Position numbers and translations under genes: made by a program. A stretch of DNA of 64,000 nt, from assembly GCA_963763775.1 (NCBI GenBank), contig CAVXPZ010000001.1:1312001-1376000 (forward strand), read 5' to 3'. Shown here in pieces: positions 41,628 through 54,300 of the stretch. This DNA comes from an uncultured Chloroflexia bacterium. Lineage in GTDB: Bacteria; Chloroflexota; Limnocylindria; Limnocylindrales; CSP1-4. Numbering within the stretch: position 1 is the stretch's first letter; every line of letters starts with the position of its first letter. The notes beneath the pieces are model-generated. The model made no database searches. It saw only the letters and a list, made by a program, of their open reading frames with translations, and was not told the DNA's origin.

Positions 41628-42566
41628 CTAGCCGAGGGTCAGGAGTCGCCGCGGGTTGGCGACGGTCATGGTCTCGATCTCGGCCTCGGATACGCCGGCG
41701 GCGCGGAGCCGTGGCAGGAACGTCTGCGCCAGGTACGCATAGCCGTTGCCCCCGTACCGGACGAGCTGGGCGTCGTGGCAGACGTCCTGGCTCAGCAGGA
41801 CCCGCTCGACGTGCCCCTTGGCGAGCAGCTCGCAGAGGCGCTCGATGACCCGGTCCTCGCCATGGCGCTCCTGCGGCGTGAACGACATCCCGAGGAAGTC
41901 GAACTCGACGCTCGCCCCGCGTTCCACGATCGCGAGGTAGTGCGCCAGCACCGGGTAGGAATCGGCGTGGCCGATGACGATGCGGGTGGGGTCCGCGCCC
42001 TCGGCCTCGAACAGGTCGAGCTGATCCAGCCCGACCGGTGACAGGACCGCGTGCGTCGTGATGGCCAGACCCGTCCGCCGGGCGGCGCGACCCACGGCGC
42101 GGTGGACTCGTTCCTCGCGGGCGGACACCCATGGCTTGTCGGTCCCGATCTCGCCGAGGATGCCGGGCTTGACGCCGGTCTGCCCCACGCCCTCGGTCGC
42201 CTCCCGGACGAGGTCGTCGGCGAGCGCGTCGACGGATCGCCGGTCGATGAGGGCCTCGGCCGGGTAGTAGGCCTCGCGATACCACCCGCAGCCCATGACG
42301 ACATGGAGGCCGCTCGCGGTGGCGATGGCGCGGAGCCAATCCGGGTCACGCCCCACGCCGGTCGGCGTCAGGTCGACGATCGCGCCGCCGCCGGCGTCGC
42401 GGAACCGCGCCAGCTCCTCGAGGATGAGCGGCTCGTCGCGGGTCAGCTGCCAGTAGTCCCAGCGGTCCGGCACGTGCCACAGGGCGATCTGCGTGTGCTC
42501 GTGCGGCAGCGTGACCCCGAGCGTGGCGGGGTCGATCGGCCCGAGGACGGTCTGGACGTGCGGCAT
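41628..42566 (-). CDS. Phosphotriesterase-related (PTE/PHP) amidohydrolase
   Basis: MPHVQTVLGP..TLPHEH..GEIG..ITTH..IGH..LLSQD..NPRR; has its own TAGCAT -10 element. Confidence 0.9.
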   Translation of the reverse strand: MPHVQTVLGPIDPATLGVTLPHEHTQIALWHVPDRWDYWQLTRDEPLILEELARFRDAGGGAIVDLTPTGVGRDPDWLRAIATASGLHVVMGCGWYREAYYPAEALIDRRSVDALADDLVREATEGVGQTGVKPGILGEIGTDKPWVSAREERVHRAVGRAARRTGLAITTHAVLSPVGLDQLDLFEAEGADPTRIVIGHADSYPVLAHYLAIVERGASVEFDFLGMSFTPQERHGEDRVIERLCELLAKGHVERVLLSQDVCHDAQLVRYGGNGYAYLAQTFLPRLRAAGVSEAEIETMTVANPRRLLTLG

Positions 42567-42577
42567 CGAGCGCGATG

Positions 42578-44360
42578 CTACGCCCTGCCGGGCCGGGCGC
42601 ATCCGCGGGGCCGCGACGACCTTGCCCGGCTGCCTCCAGTCGACCCAGTCGACCCCCGTCTCCTCGACGTACGCGTCGACCGCGGACCCGACCGTGGGGA
42701 AGAACGCGTGGGCGCCGAGGCGCTCGAAGAGGCCGTACGTCTTCAGTCGATCCTTCGCCGGGTCCTTGAGCTCGGCGAAGCGAAGGCTCACGCCCGACGC
42801 ATCAAGGCTCGCGATCAGTTCCCCGAGGACGTCCCCGGCGGTCATGTCCACGTCGGTGACGGGCTCGGCGGCGACCACGACCCACCGCGTGGGCGTGGGC
42901 GCGTCGGCGACGGCGGCCTCGATCTCCTCGCGGAAGACCTCGGCGTTCGCGAAGAACAGCGGCGCATCCCAGCGGAACATGACCAGCCCGTCGACGCGCC
43001 GGGCCTCGGGATACCGCGTGACGTCGTGATACCCCTTGACGCCGTCGACGCGGCCGAGGATCGCCGAGTACGGTCGCCACGCCCGCCAGACGAACGCGCC
43101 CAACGAGAGCGCCACGGCGATGAAGATGCCGGCGACGACCCCGAACCCGGCGACGCCGAGGAAGCAGATCATCGAGAGCGCGAACTCCGATCGACGGAGA
43201 CGCCAGAGCCGCACCAGCCCGGTGACTTCGACGAGGGACAGGCAGGCCGTCATCACGATCGCGGCGAGGACCGACTGCGGCAGGTTGGTCGTCAGGCCCG
43301 GGAAGAACAGGAGGAGCGCAGCGATCGAGAGGGCCCCGACGACGCCCGTCAGCTGGGTCTTGGCCCCGGCCTGCTGGGCGACCGGGGTCCGTGACGCGCT
43401 CGCGCTGATCGCGAACCCCGAGAACAGGCCGGCGCCGATGTTCGCGGCGCCGAGCGCGCGGAGCTCCTGGTCCTGGTCCACGCGATAGCCCGACCGGCCG
43501 GCGAAGGTCCGCGACAGCACGCTCGTGTCGGCCATGGAGACCACCGCGATCGCGAGGCCACCGGCCACCATGGAGGCCATCTCCTGGAGGGTCACCTGCG
43601 GGATCCCGAACGACGGCAGGCCCTGCGGCAGCGGCCCGACCACCGGGACGCCAGCGGAGGCGGCGAGGCCGAGCACGCCGGTCACGATCGTGGCGCCGAC
43701 GGCCGCGATGAGCACGCCCGGCACGGCCGGCCACAGGCGCCGGCACACGACGATGACCCCGATCGACACCAGGCCGATGGCGAGAGCGGTCGTGTTCGTC
43801 TCGCCGTCGAGGACGCCCTGGACGAACGCCTGGATCTCGCCGACGACCCCGTCGGCATCCACCGTGAAGCCGAAGAGCTTGGGCAGCTGCCCGACGAAGA
43901 CCGTCAGGGCGATGCCGTTGAGGTAGCCGAACCGGATCGGCTTCGAGAGCAGGTCCGTGAGCAGGCCGAGCCGGAGGACCCCGAAGGCGATACAGAACGC
44001 GCCGGAGATGAGGGCCAGACCGGCGGCGAGGTCCGTCGCGTGGGCGCTGTCGCCGAGGACGAGCGGCGCGATCGTGGCCGCGATGATCGCGGCGAGCGAC
44101 GAGTCCGGGCCGAGCACCAGGACCGGGCTCGGGCCGAAGAGCGCGTAGAGGAGGAGCGGGACGATCGTCGCGTAGAGACCCGCGATCGCGGGCAGGCCGG
44201 CGGCCTCGGCGTACCCCATGCCGACGGGCACCAGGATCGCCGTGAGCACGAGACCGGCGACCAGGTCCTTCGTGAGCCAGGCGCGCTGGTAGGTGCGCGC
44301 GACCTGCAGCCCCGGAACCAGGCCCAAGACACCGTCCGACATCGTCCCTCCTCGTGTCAT
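42578..44360 (-). CDS. Second SulP family anion permease with STAS domain
   Basis: DLVAGLVLTAILVPVGMGYA, VLGPDS, SASRT and RWDAPLFFAN motifs; fused to the PTE gene in the ORF track by an indel. Confidence 0.9.
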
Positions 44361-44395
44361 CCTAGTCCGCGAGACAGCAGCAGGAGACGACCGCG

Positions 44396-44968
44396 ATGGA
44401 CGACCAAGCCGAGCCCGTCACGAACCTCGGCCCGGACAGCGGCGGCCGGGCGCCCGGCGAAGGCGAACCGAAGGTCTACCACTGGGAGTGGGGGCCCGAC
44501 GACGCCCGGCGACCCGGCCTGCCGTGGATCGGGATCTTCCTGCTCGTGTTCGGGGGCCTGCTGCTCATCCAGCAGTCGTACCCGGAGGGACGATCGGCGG
44601 GATCGGTCATCGTCCTCGCGGTCGGTCTTGCGTTCCTGATCAAGTGGGCCTTCGACCGCGGCACGGGCTCGCTCTACGCGGGTGCGATCATCACCGCCCT
44701 CGCGGCGCCTGGCGTCCTCAACGCCGCCGGCATCGACGTCGACGGCCTGGGTACCTTCTGCTTCGGGATCGCCTTCCTGTTCATCGCGGTGGTTCGCGCC
44801 GCGACCGGCGGCGGCTGGGGCTGGCAGCTGTGGTTCGGCGGACTGCTGGCCCTCCTCGGCGGCGTGAACATGACGAGCCCGACGCTCGGCGGCCTCGTCG
44901 TGCCGATCCTCCTCATCGCCCTCGGGGTCCTGCTCCTGGCCCGCGGCGCCGCGCGCGGGCGGGTGTGA
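44396..44968 (+). CDS. Multi-pass membrane hypothetical protein
   Basis: SD AGGAG; about 6 hydrophobic helices. Confidence 0.65.
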   Translation: MDDQAEPVTNLGPDSGGRAPGEGEPKVYHWEWGPDDARRPGLPWIGIFLLVFGGLLLIQQSYPEGRSAGSVIVLAVGLAFLIKWAFDRGTGSLYAGAIITALAAPGVLNAAGIDVDGLGTFCFGIAFLFIAVVRAATGGGWGWQLWFGGLLALLGGVNMTSPTLGGLVVPILLIALGVLLLARGAARGRV

Positions 44969-44969
44969 C

Positions 44970-45998
44970 GTGTCGGGCTGGGTGACCCCGCCACAGGCGG
45001 GTGGGCCGGCGGGTCCGGGTCCGATCGTCGGATGGGTCGCCCCGACCGAACCCGAGGGCCTCGGCATCGGAGAGATCCGCCGGGAAGGCTGGCGGCTGAC
45101 CCGGGACCACCTCGGAGCGTTCGCCGGCATCACCCTGGTCCCGGTCGTCCTCCTGGACCTGATGGTCGTCCCGATCTGGCTCTCGGCCGGCCGGTCGATC
45201 GAAGGGATGGTCACGTTCTGGACGACGATCGATATGGCCCGGTATCGCAACGACCCGGAGGCACTCCAGCGCGACCTGCGAGCGGTCATGCAGCCATCGA
45301 CCGATCTGGCGGTCCTCGGGACGGTCGGGACCGGCCTTGCGTTCATCGTGATGATGCTCGGGGTGGCGGCGCTGTCGGCCGCGGCGCTCGAGGCATCCGC
45401 TGGACGGCGACCTTCCATCGGCGCCGCGTTCTCGGCCATCGGGGAGCACTTGAGTGCGCTCGTGCTGCCGGCCCTCTTGCTCGGGATCGGCTACATCCTC
45501 GTCCTGACGCCCCTCACCCTGAACCAGGCGGGGTTCACCTCCGTCGGGTTCACACCGGGGGGCGCCGCCTTGAGCGCCGGGCTCTCCTTCCTCGTGCTCA
45601 TCCTCGAGGTCGCGGCGGTCTACCTGGCCGTGCGCTGGTCCGTGTACTTCCAGGCGGTCGTGGGCGAAGGACTCGGGTTCCGGGCGTCACTCGCCAGGAG
45701 TTCGGCCCTGACCGCCGGGGTCCGGATCAAGATCGGCCTGATCCTGATCGTCTGGACGATCGTCATCGGCATCGTCGTCGGGCTGGTCGGACTGCTTGTG
45801 GGGCTCGTGGTCGGCGTGGCGACCGGGTCGATGATCGTCGGACTCGTCGCCTACTCCGTGGCGCTCTCGATCTGCGGGCTCGTCTATCTGCCGTTCTACG
45901 TCGCGATGCTCACGGTCATCTATCGACGCCGGATCGAGCAGACGAGCCCGGCGGAACCGACCGGCGAGGCGGCGCAGGAGCCGACCGGACCCGCCTGA
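44970..45998 (+). CDS. Integral membrane protein (GDPD membrane-domain / DUF975-like)
   Basis: GIGEIRREGWRL..YLAVRWS..VVGEGLG..SLARSSALT..LTVIY pattern. Confidence 0.6.
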   Translation: MSGWVTPPQAGGPAGPGPIVGWVAPTEPEGLGIGEIRREGWRLTRDHLGAFAGITLVPVVLLDLMVVPIWLSAGRSIEGMVTFWTTIDMARYRNDPEALQRDLRAVMQPSTDLAVLGTVGTGLAFIVMMLGVAALSAAALEASAGRRPSIGAAFSAIGEHLSALVLPALLLGIGYILVLTPLTLNQAGFTSVGFTPGGAALSAGLSFLVLILEVAAVYLAVRWSVYFQAVVGEGLGFRASLARSSALTAGVRIKIGLILIVWTIVIGIVVGLVGLLVGLVVGVATGSMIVGLVAYSVALSICGLVYLPFYVAMLTVIYRRRIEQTSPAEPTGEAAQEPTGPA

Positions 45999-46007
45999 GA
46001 CCGACGA

Positions 46008-47377
46008 TCAGGCGCGGAGCGCCGACCTCGACGACCGCCGCGTCGATCGCGTCGGCCAGGGTCGAGGCGATCCGCTCGAGCTCCGCGTCGGTGATGACGA
46101 ACGGTGGCCCGAGGAGGATCGTGTCGCCGTTCGCGCCGTCGGCGTTACCGGTGCCGGAATAGACCATGACGCCCCGCTCGCGCGCGCCGCGGACGACGGC
46201 CTCGGTCAGCCTGGCCGCGCGCGGGTACGGCGCCCGAGTGGTCCGGTCCGCGACCAGCTCCACGCCGACCATGAGCCCACGCCCGCGGATGTCGCCGACG
46301 TTCGGCTGTTCGTCGAGATACCCGTGAAGCAACGCCTGGAGGCGGTCGCCCTTGGTGGCGCTCGCGGTCACGAGGTCTTCCGACTCCAACGTGCGAAGGA
46401 CCTCGCGGGCGACCGCCGCCCCGACCGGCGAGTGCGAGAACGTGAAACCGTGGATGAAGCCGCCGGCCCCCGTGACGGTGGCATGGATGTCACCCGACGC
46501 GGCGACGAAGCCGAACGGCCAGTAGCCCGACGTCGCGCCCTTCGCCGCGACGAGCAGGTCCGGTCGGAGCCCCCAGTGGTCGGAGCCGAACCAACGGCCC
46601 GTCCGTCCGAACCCCGTCATCACCTCATCGGCGATGACGAGCACGCCGTGGCGTCGGCAGACGTCCGCGACGGCCGGCCAGTAGTCATCGGGTGGCACGG
46701 CGGCGGCAAGGGTCGCGCCGACGATCGGCTCCGCGACGAACGCCGCGACGCGTCCCGGGCCTGCGGCGACGATCGCCGCCTCCAGCTCCGCGGCGAGGGC
46801 CGAGCCATCGGCAAGCGCATGCGAGCCGGGGCGCGCCGCCCCGTACGGATACGCCGCGGACACGTGCGAGAAGCGGCCCGAGCCACGGCTCGTACGGCCG
46901 GCGGAGTGGCGGCCGCCCGGACAGGTCCAGCGCGCCGAGGGTGTTGCCGTGGTAGCTCCCCCACCGCGCGATGACGATGTCGCGACCGGCCTCGCCGCGC
47001 GCCAGGTGGTAGGCCCGGGCGAGCTTGAGGGCCGTCTCGATCGCCTCGGACCCACCGGACACCGGGTAGATCGCGGGCTCGTCGACCGGCAGGTGCCGCG
47101 CGACCTCGATCGCGTACGCCTCGAGCGGCTCGGTGGTGAACGCGCTGCCGTGGGCGTAGGAGAGACGGGCCGCCTGCTCGGCCATCGCCGCCGCGACCCG
47201 GTCGCGGCCGTGGCCGATGTTGACGACGATCGCCCCGCCCGCGGCGTCCAGGTAGTCGCGGCCGGTCGCGTCCCAGATCGTGGATCCCTCCGCGCGGACG
47301 GCCACCGGCGGCTCGGCGACGGTCGAGCGGCGGAAGACGCGCCCGGGCGCGGCCGGGTCGGTTCGGGGATCGCTCAT
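46008..47377 (-). CDS. Class III PLP aminotransferase (frameshift near 46875; 3' end 46008 or 45916)
   Basis: YLDAAGGA, SGGSEAIETALK, SYHGNTLG, FVAEPIVG, IADEVMTGFGRTG and AAKG motifs. Confidence 0.9.
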
Positions 47378-47445
47378 CGGCCGGATTCTACGTCCCGTCG
47401 CGCCCGCGACGCCGCTGTCGACACGGAGGCGGCACAATGCCTGCC

Positions 47446-50400
47446 ATGGCGGAGGCGACGCTCGAGCTCCAGCGCGACAACCCGGAGGCGTACATCCCGC
47501 GCGACCGCCGCCGCGCCCTCGCCGCCGGGACGACGATGCCCGACCGGGTCCACGGGGCCGGCCTGTTCGCCGACATCTCCGGGTTCACCCCGCTCACGGA
47601 GGCGCTGGCCGCGGAGCTCGGGCCGCAGCGAGGCGCCGAGGAGCTGACCGCGGCGCTGGGCCGCGTGTTCCATGAGGTGATCGGCGAACTCGACGGGTTC
47701 GGCGGCGACGTCATCTATTTCTCGGGCGATGCGATCACGTGCTGGCTCGACGGCGACGACGGGACCCGGGCGACGGCCTGTGGGCTCGCGATGCAGGACG
47801 CGATCGCCCGCGTGGGCCAGATCGCGACACCGGGCGGGAACACGGTGACGCTCGCGATGAAGGTGGCGATCGCGGTGGGTCCGGCGCGTCGCTTCGTCGT
47901 CGGGGTGCCGCGCGTCCAGCTCATCGACGTCCTCGCGGGCCATCTCGTCGACGACCTCGCCGAGGCCGAGCATCACGCGGGCAAGGGCGATGTCGTGCTC
48001 GACGCGTCGGCCATGGCGTCCCTGGGCGACCGCGTCGAGCTCGCCGAGGAGCGAGTCGACGACGCGACCGGTCATCGCTTCGGGGTCGTGCGGCGGCTGA
48101 CGGTGGACGTCCCGCGCGCGACCGTCGAGGAGCCGCCCCTGCTGCCCGAATCGATCGTCCGCCAGTGGCTGCTCCCGGCCGTCTACGAGCGGATGCGGAC
48201 CGGTCGCGGCGAGTTCCTCGCGGAGCTGCGCGCCGCCTACCCGCTCTTCCTCCGATTCGGCGGCATCGACTACGACGACGACGACGAGGCCGACGTCAAG
48301 CTCGACGCCTTCGTCATCAAGGCCCAGGAGATCCTCGACGGGTACGGCGGCAACGTCCTCCAGCTGACCCTCGGCGACAAGGGGGCCTACCTGTACGGGG
48401 TCTTCGGATCGCCACTCGCCCACGAGGACGACGCCGCACGCGCCGCCGCCGCGGCCCTCGAGCTGCTGGATCTGGGGTCCACGACAGCGGCCACGGACAT
48501 CCAGATCGGGATCACCCACGGCCGACTCCGGAGCGGCACGTACGGGCACGCGATGCGTCGGACGTTCGTGTGTCTCGGGGACGCGGTCAACCTGTCGGCA
48601 CGGCTCATGTCGGCGGCCCCTCCAGGTCGCATCTACGTCTCGCGGCCGGTCCACGATGCGGCCGGGGACGCGTTCCGCTGGGAGTCGCTGGCGGACCTGA
48701 CGGTCAAGGGCAAGAGCGAGCCCGTCGAGGTGTTCGCGCTGAGCGGCGCGGTCGCGCGGACGTCGCGACGCCAGACGCGATACGAGCTCCCGCTGGTCGG
48801 CCGGCGAGCCGAGCTTCGACGACTCGACGATCGGCTCGATCTCGCGCGGTCCGGCCGCGGGCACGTCATCTCGATCGCCGCTGAGGCGGGCATGGGCAAG
48901 TCCCGGCTCGTCGCCGAGTTCGTCCGGAACGCCCGGCGATCGGGCCTCCAGGTGGCCTTCGGCGAGTGCCAGGCCTTCGGGACGACGACGAGCTACCTGG
49001 CATGGCGCGAGGTGTGGCGGACCCTGCTGGGCGTCCAGGACGGCGCCGACCCGGAGCGGCAGCGCGACGCCATCGAGCGGGCGTTGACCTCGATCGATCC
49101 GGCCCTGCTGGCCCGCGCACCACTGCTGGAATCGGTGGTCGGCGTCCCGATCCCGGACAACGACCTGACCGCGGCCTTCGACCCGAAGCTGCGCAAGGCG
49201 TCGCTCGAGGACCTGCTCTCGAGGTGCCTCGCGAGCCTGGCGACCCGACCGCTGGTGATCGTCCTCGAGGACTGCCACTGGATCGACGAGCTGTCGCGCG
49301 ACCTGCTCGAGGCGCTCGTTCGAGCGTCGCCGGCGCTCCCGGTCTGCTTCGTCCTCGCCTACCGCCCGGCGTCGGCCCCCGGCGGCGACCTCGGGCTGGA
49401 GCGGTTGCCGCAGTTCGATGAGATCGTCCTCAGCGAGCTCGATGCCGACGAGACCCGTCAGGTCATCCGCTCCAAGCTCACGCAGCTGATCGGCGGCGAT
49501 CGCGCGACCCCCGAGTCGCTCGTGGAGCTCATCACGGCCCGCTCCCAGGGCAACCCGTTCTACGTCGAGGAGTTGCTCAACTACCTCGTCACGCGCGGCG
49601 TCGACCCAGGCGACCCGGGAGCGCTCGCCGACCTCGAGCTGCCGGACAGCCTCCAGAGCCTGATCCTCGGCCGCATCGACCAGCTCGACGAGGCGCCGCG
49701 ACGGACGATCAAGGTGGCCAGCGTGCTCGGGCGAGTCTTCAACGCGCCGGTCCTGCCACGCGTGTACCCGGAGATCGGGTCGCTGGACGCCGTCACGCAG
49801 CAGCTCGACCAATTGCGCAGCCTCGACCTCATCGCGCTCGACCGTGAGGCGGAGCAGGCCTACCTCTTCCGGCACATCCTCACGCAGACCGTCGCGTACG
49901 AGAGCATGCCGTTCGCCCTGCGCTCGACGCTCCATCGACGGGTCGGCGAGGACCTCGAGGCCGGTGGCGAGGACGCGATCGAGCGGTCCCTCGACCTGCT
50001 CGCCTACCACTACTGGCACAGCGACGACGACACGAAGAAGCGGTTCTACCTGACCGCCGCGGCGGCCGCCGCCCAGGCCGGCTACGCGAACGCGGCCGCG
50101 ATCGACTACTACGAGCGCCTGACGCCCGCTCCTCGACGGGCGCGAGCGCATCGACGCGTTGCTCAACCTCGGCAAGGTGCTCGAGCTGATCGGCGAATGG
50201 CCGCGCGCCGAGACCGCGGCGAACGAGGCGCTGACGGCGACCGAGACGATCGGCGACGTCGACGCGGAAGGTTGGGCGCACGCCGCGCTGGCCGAGCTCG
50301 CCCGCAAGCAGGGGCAGTTCGAGTCGGCGACCGCGCACCTCGACGCCGCGACCCGACGCTTCGAGGCCGCCGACGACGAAGCCGGTCTCGGACAGGCCCT

Positions 50401-51152
50401 CCACGTCGCCGGCACGGTCGCGGCGCAGATGGGCCGCTTCGACGATGCGCGCCAGCGGTACGAACGGAGCCTGGAGATCCGCCGACGGCTCGGCGACCTC
50501 GCCAAGGTCGGCGCGCTGTACTCGAACCTCGCGATCATCGCGGAGTACGAGGACGCAGCCGGACGAGGCTCGACGACTGAACGAGATGGCGCTGGCGGCG
50601 CGCATCGAGGCCGGGGACCAGATGGGGCATCGGTGTCACGCGGATGAACCTCGGCGCGCTCGCGATGCGACACGGCCAGCTCGAGGAGGGTCGCGCCTCG
50701 GTCGAGGAGGCGCTGCGACTCATGATCGAGGTCGGCGACGCGCTGTTCGCGGCCACGACGCGCGTGCTGGTCGGGAACGCCGCTCGCGACCTCGGCGACT
50801 ACCCGAGGCGCGCGCGTGCAGTACCGAGCGAGCCTGGAAGCCCTGGCCGTCATCGACGACCCGGTGTCCACCGCCGAGGCCCTCGAGGACATCGCGCTGC
50901 TCGCGACCGCGACGGGCGACCACCGGCGCGCGGTCGAGCTCGTCGGGGCCGCTGACGCGATGCGATCCGACGTCGGGTCCGTCGCGTCGGAGTCGCTCGA
51001 GGAGGAGTACGGCGAGAAGCTCGCCCCCAGCGTGGAGGCCCTCGGTCCGGAGGCGGCGCACGAGGCGTCGGAGCGCGGCCGGTCCCTCGACGAGGCCGCC
51101 GCGATCACCCTGGCCGCTGGAGGTCTGTTCGAGCCGGCGCCGACGCGCCTAA
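47446..51152 (+). CDS. Tandem class III nucleotide cyclase plus STAND AAA ATPase plus TPR protein (soluble adenylyl cyclase-like); frameshifts in the TPR region
   Basis: LFADISGFT and FSGDA in domain 1; GDKG..GDAVNLSARLM in domain 2; Walker A AEAGMGKS; Walker B IVLEDCHW; GNPFYVEE; YLFRH; TPR helices from 50159 to 51150. Confidence 0.88.
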
Positions 51153-51362
51153 GGACGTCTGGGCTCCGCGGTGCCTGTCGGCACCGCATTCGTTGCCGTT
51201 CCGTGCTTGCGACGGCAACCACACGCCAGTACTCTACCCTGCACTCCACAGCTCCCGTCTGCCCCATCTCCACTGCCTTCGTGCCCGAGGTTTGGAACGT
51301 GAAGATCCGGCGTGTTTCGATGCCCCTTGGCCGTCCAGCACGCCCTCGCGGCGGATCCGTCG

Positions 51363-54300
51363 ATGACGCCGCCCCGGAGCCGCGTCAGCCGCTCGCTGGT
51401 CGCGTTCCTGCCAGTCCTGTTCGTCTTCGGCGCGACCTTCGCGCCCGTCTCGATCAAGGGCGCGCCCGTGGGCGCGGCGCCGGTCTCGGCGGACCCGTTG
51501 CCGGGGTCTGGACCGGCGAGCGGCGACCGGCGGGACCGATCACGGTACGTCACACAGCCGGTACCGGCGGCCTCGCGGAGTTCCACTACAACGCGACCTT
51601 GCGCCGGCACGAGCTCCGCCCGGGTGCCGGTCGGACCTGGACGTTCAACACCCTGGCCGGATCCGGCAGGGCGACGTCCGTCTCGACTGGGCGCTACTCC
51701 GGGTTCCACGCGTACTTCCAGGTCACCGTCGGGCTGACCGTGTTCATCACACGAGCCGGCAACCCGGTCGCGGTCCCGGATCTACGTTGGTCGACAGCGG
51801 CGGCCCGCGACTGCGATCCGCTGCCACCAGCCATCGCGGCGGATTCGCGTACGCCGGCACGACCTACCTCGACGTCCAGGCGGGCGACGACGTACGGCTT
51901 CGCCATGCGCGGGAACAACTGACGACTACGAACCCGATCCTTCAGGGCACCCTCGAGGTCGGCACGAACATCGTCTCGAACGGCAGCTTCGAGCTCGGGC
52001 ACGATGACACCGACCGCCGAGGACGACGCTCACCTCCGCGGTCGACCGCACTGCACCGGCTGGACCGTCGAGCCCGGCGGCGGGCTAGCGACGGGTCAGT
52101 CGACTGGACCGGGACTCGGTGGGAGGCCGCGGATGGCGCGCGCTCGCTCGAGTTGGCTGGCGTCCACCGTCGACGGGCGTCGTGCCATCCAAGACCTCGC
52201 CGACGGTCGCCGGCAGGTCGTATCGGGTCACGTTCAAGTACTCCGCGAACCCGGACCGGCTGATCTCGACCGGCCGACGTGCGGAGTGCGGCACATCCTG
52301 CCGAGGCACGAACCCGGGGTCGCGACGTGATCTTCGGCGGCCAGCTCAGGTTGGCGGCGGCGGACGTCCTTCAGCCGCGACCAACAGCAACGTCCGCGAT
52401 GGAGTGGCGATCGCGCGTCCTACGTCGTCACGGCCTCCAGCGACCACGACGCGCTCACTTCGCCAACACCGACTCTCCGCCCACGGCTGCGGCATCGTCA
52501 TCGACGACGTGTCGTGATGCCGGTCCTGCGGCTCGACTCGGCACCGCCCGAGCCCGACTTCTCCATCGGCGCGGACCCGACGTCCGTCTCGACTCGCCCC
52601 GGGCGAAAGCACGCACCACGACGGTCACAGCGACTGCCGATCAATGGATCGCAGGACATCCGGCGCCTGGACCGTCGCGAACCCCGCGGATAGCGGCGTG
52701 ACCGGCGACTTTCCTCGAGGACGCGCGCACCGAGCGGCACCAACGCCTCCGGCATCTGACGATCTCGGCGACCAGCCCGACGACGGCTCCGGCCCCTACA
52801 CCGTGACCGTCACCGCGACCGAAGGGACGCCACACCCACCACGTCGACATCCACGTGACCGTGGCCGTCGACGGACCCGCGCGCAGGACCCGGCCAGCCT
52901 CACGGTCAACACGACCGCGGATCACGAGGACGACACCGGCTGCACCCAGGGCGACTGCACGCTGCGTGAGGCCATCGACGCTGCCAATGCGTCCTCTGGC
53001 GACAGCACGCGCAACATCTCGTTCGATCTCGGCGACGGGTTCGCACGACGATCCAGCTCTCGGGTGCGCTGCCGTCCATCACCGTCCCGGTCTTCATCGA
53101 TGGCGGGGCGTCGGTCGAAGGCGGCTGCGCGATCCCGACCAGCCCGATCGTGCTGGATGGCTCAGGCAACGAAGGCCACCCGAACGGCCTCACGTTCGTC
53201 GCCGGCTCCGAAGGGAGCACGATCCAGGGCCTGCGCGTCACCGGCTGGGCCGGAGCCGCCATCGCGGCGACCTACGTGCCCACCGTGCTCAGCAATCTCG
53301 TCGTCCAGTGCGACGTCCTCGACCACAACGGATACGGCGTCGACCTGGTGGACACGAGCGGCGCGTCGATCGGCGGGACCGGTAACGGCGGCAACCAGAT
53401 CCACGACAACGGTCAGGGCGGGATCCAGCTCCGCAAGAGCAACGTCGAAGCGGCCGACACGTTCGGCGACCAGTTCGACGGCAACCTCATCTACGACAAC
53501 GACGGCCTCGGCATCGACCTCGGCGGCGACGGCGCCGACGGCCAACGACCCGGGCGACACGGACACCGGCGCCAACGGCCTCTCGAACCATCCGCTCATC
53601 TACAACGCCGAACGTCGCCCGGACGGCACCGGGGTCGTCAACGGGACCCTCGACACGAAGCCGGGCCCGCAGCGGATCACGCTCTACTGGAGCGAGGTCT
53701 GCGACCCGTCGAACCAGGGCGATGGCGCGACCATCCTCGGCACGCTCGACGTCACGTCCAACACCACCGGCACGGTCGACTTCACGGCGAACTTCACGCC
53801 GGGGCCGTCGGATCCGGCGTTCCCGGACCATGGCTACGTCTCCGCGATCGCCACGCCGACCGGCGGCGGCATCGCCCCGGACGGCACGTCCGAGTTCTCG
53901 ACGTGTGTCGCCCTGGGGTCGGGCAACGACTCCTGGCCGAGCGCGGCGGACATCAACGACGGATCCGCGGACGGCGCCATCACGTATGACGGCCAGACCC
54001 GCTGGTACAAGTTCACGGTCGTCCCGAACCAGCAGGTGACGATCGACCTCTCGGCCCTTCCGGCCGACTACGACCTGCTCCTCTTCACCGACATCGCGAG
54101 CGCCTACGACGACCTCACGTCGTCGAACCTGACCAAGGTCTCGGCCGAGTCGTCCGGCAAGGGCGGGAACCTGTCCTTCTCGGGCCGCGGCGGGAACCTG
54201 GCGTTCTCCGGCAAGGGCGGGAACCTCGGCTTCTCCGGCAAGGGCGGGAACCTCGCGTTCTCCGGCAAGGGCGGGAACCTGTCCTTCTCGGGCGACGTGT

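Noticed and set aside
41628-44360. Apparent SulP-phosphotriesterase fusion
   Set aside because: The PTE has its own ATG with TAGCAT 8 nt upstream, and an off-frame TAG at 42578-42580 fits the SulP end. Most likely an indel artefact.
47446-51152. Cyclase-STAND-TPR as an Avs/Pycsar-type anti-phage system
   Set aside because: No adjacent cNMP-gated effector, nuclease or defence-island context. Not excluded, but unsupported here.
51167-51218. Two hairpins between the cyclase and the giant gene as a riboswitch or CRP site
   Set aside because: The stems GCGGTGCC/GGCACCGC and GTTGCCGT/ACGGCAAC are real, but I recognise no aptamer or TGTGA-N6-TCACA consensus. They may simply be a terminator.
47374-51273. 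Very long antisense ORFs (1299 aa here; also 32943-35864, 18306-20798, 23288-25564)
   Set aside because: Shadow ORFs expected at this GC content; they have no domain motifs and lie opposite clear genes.
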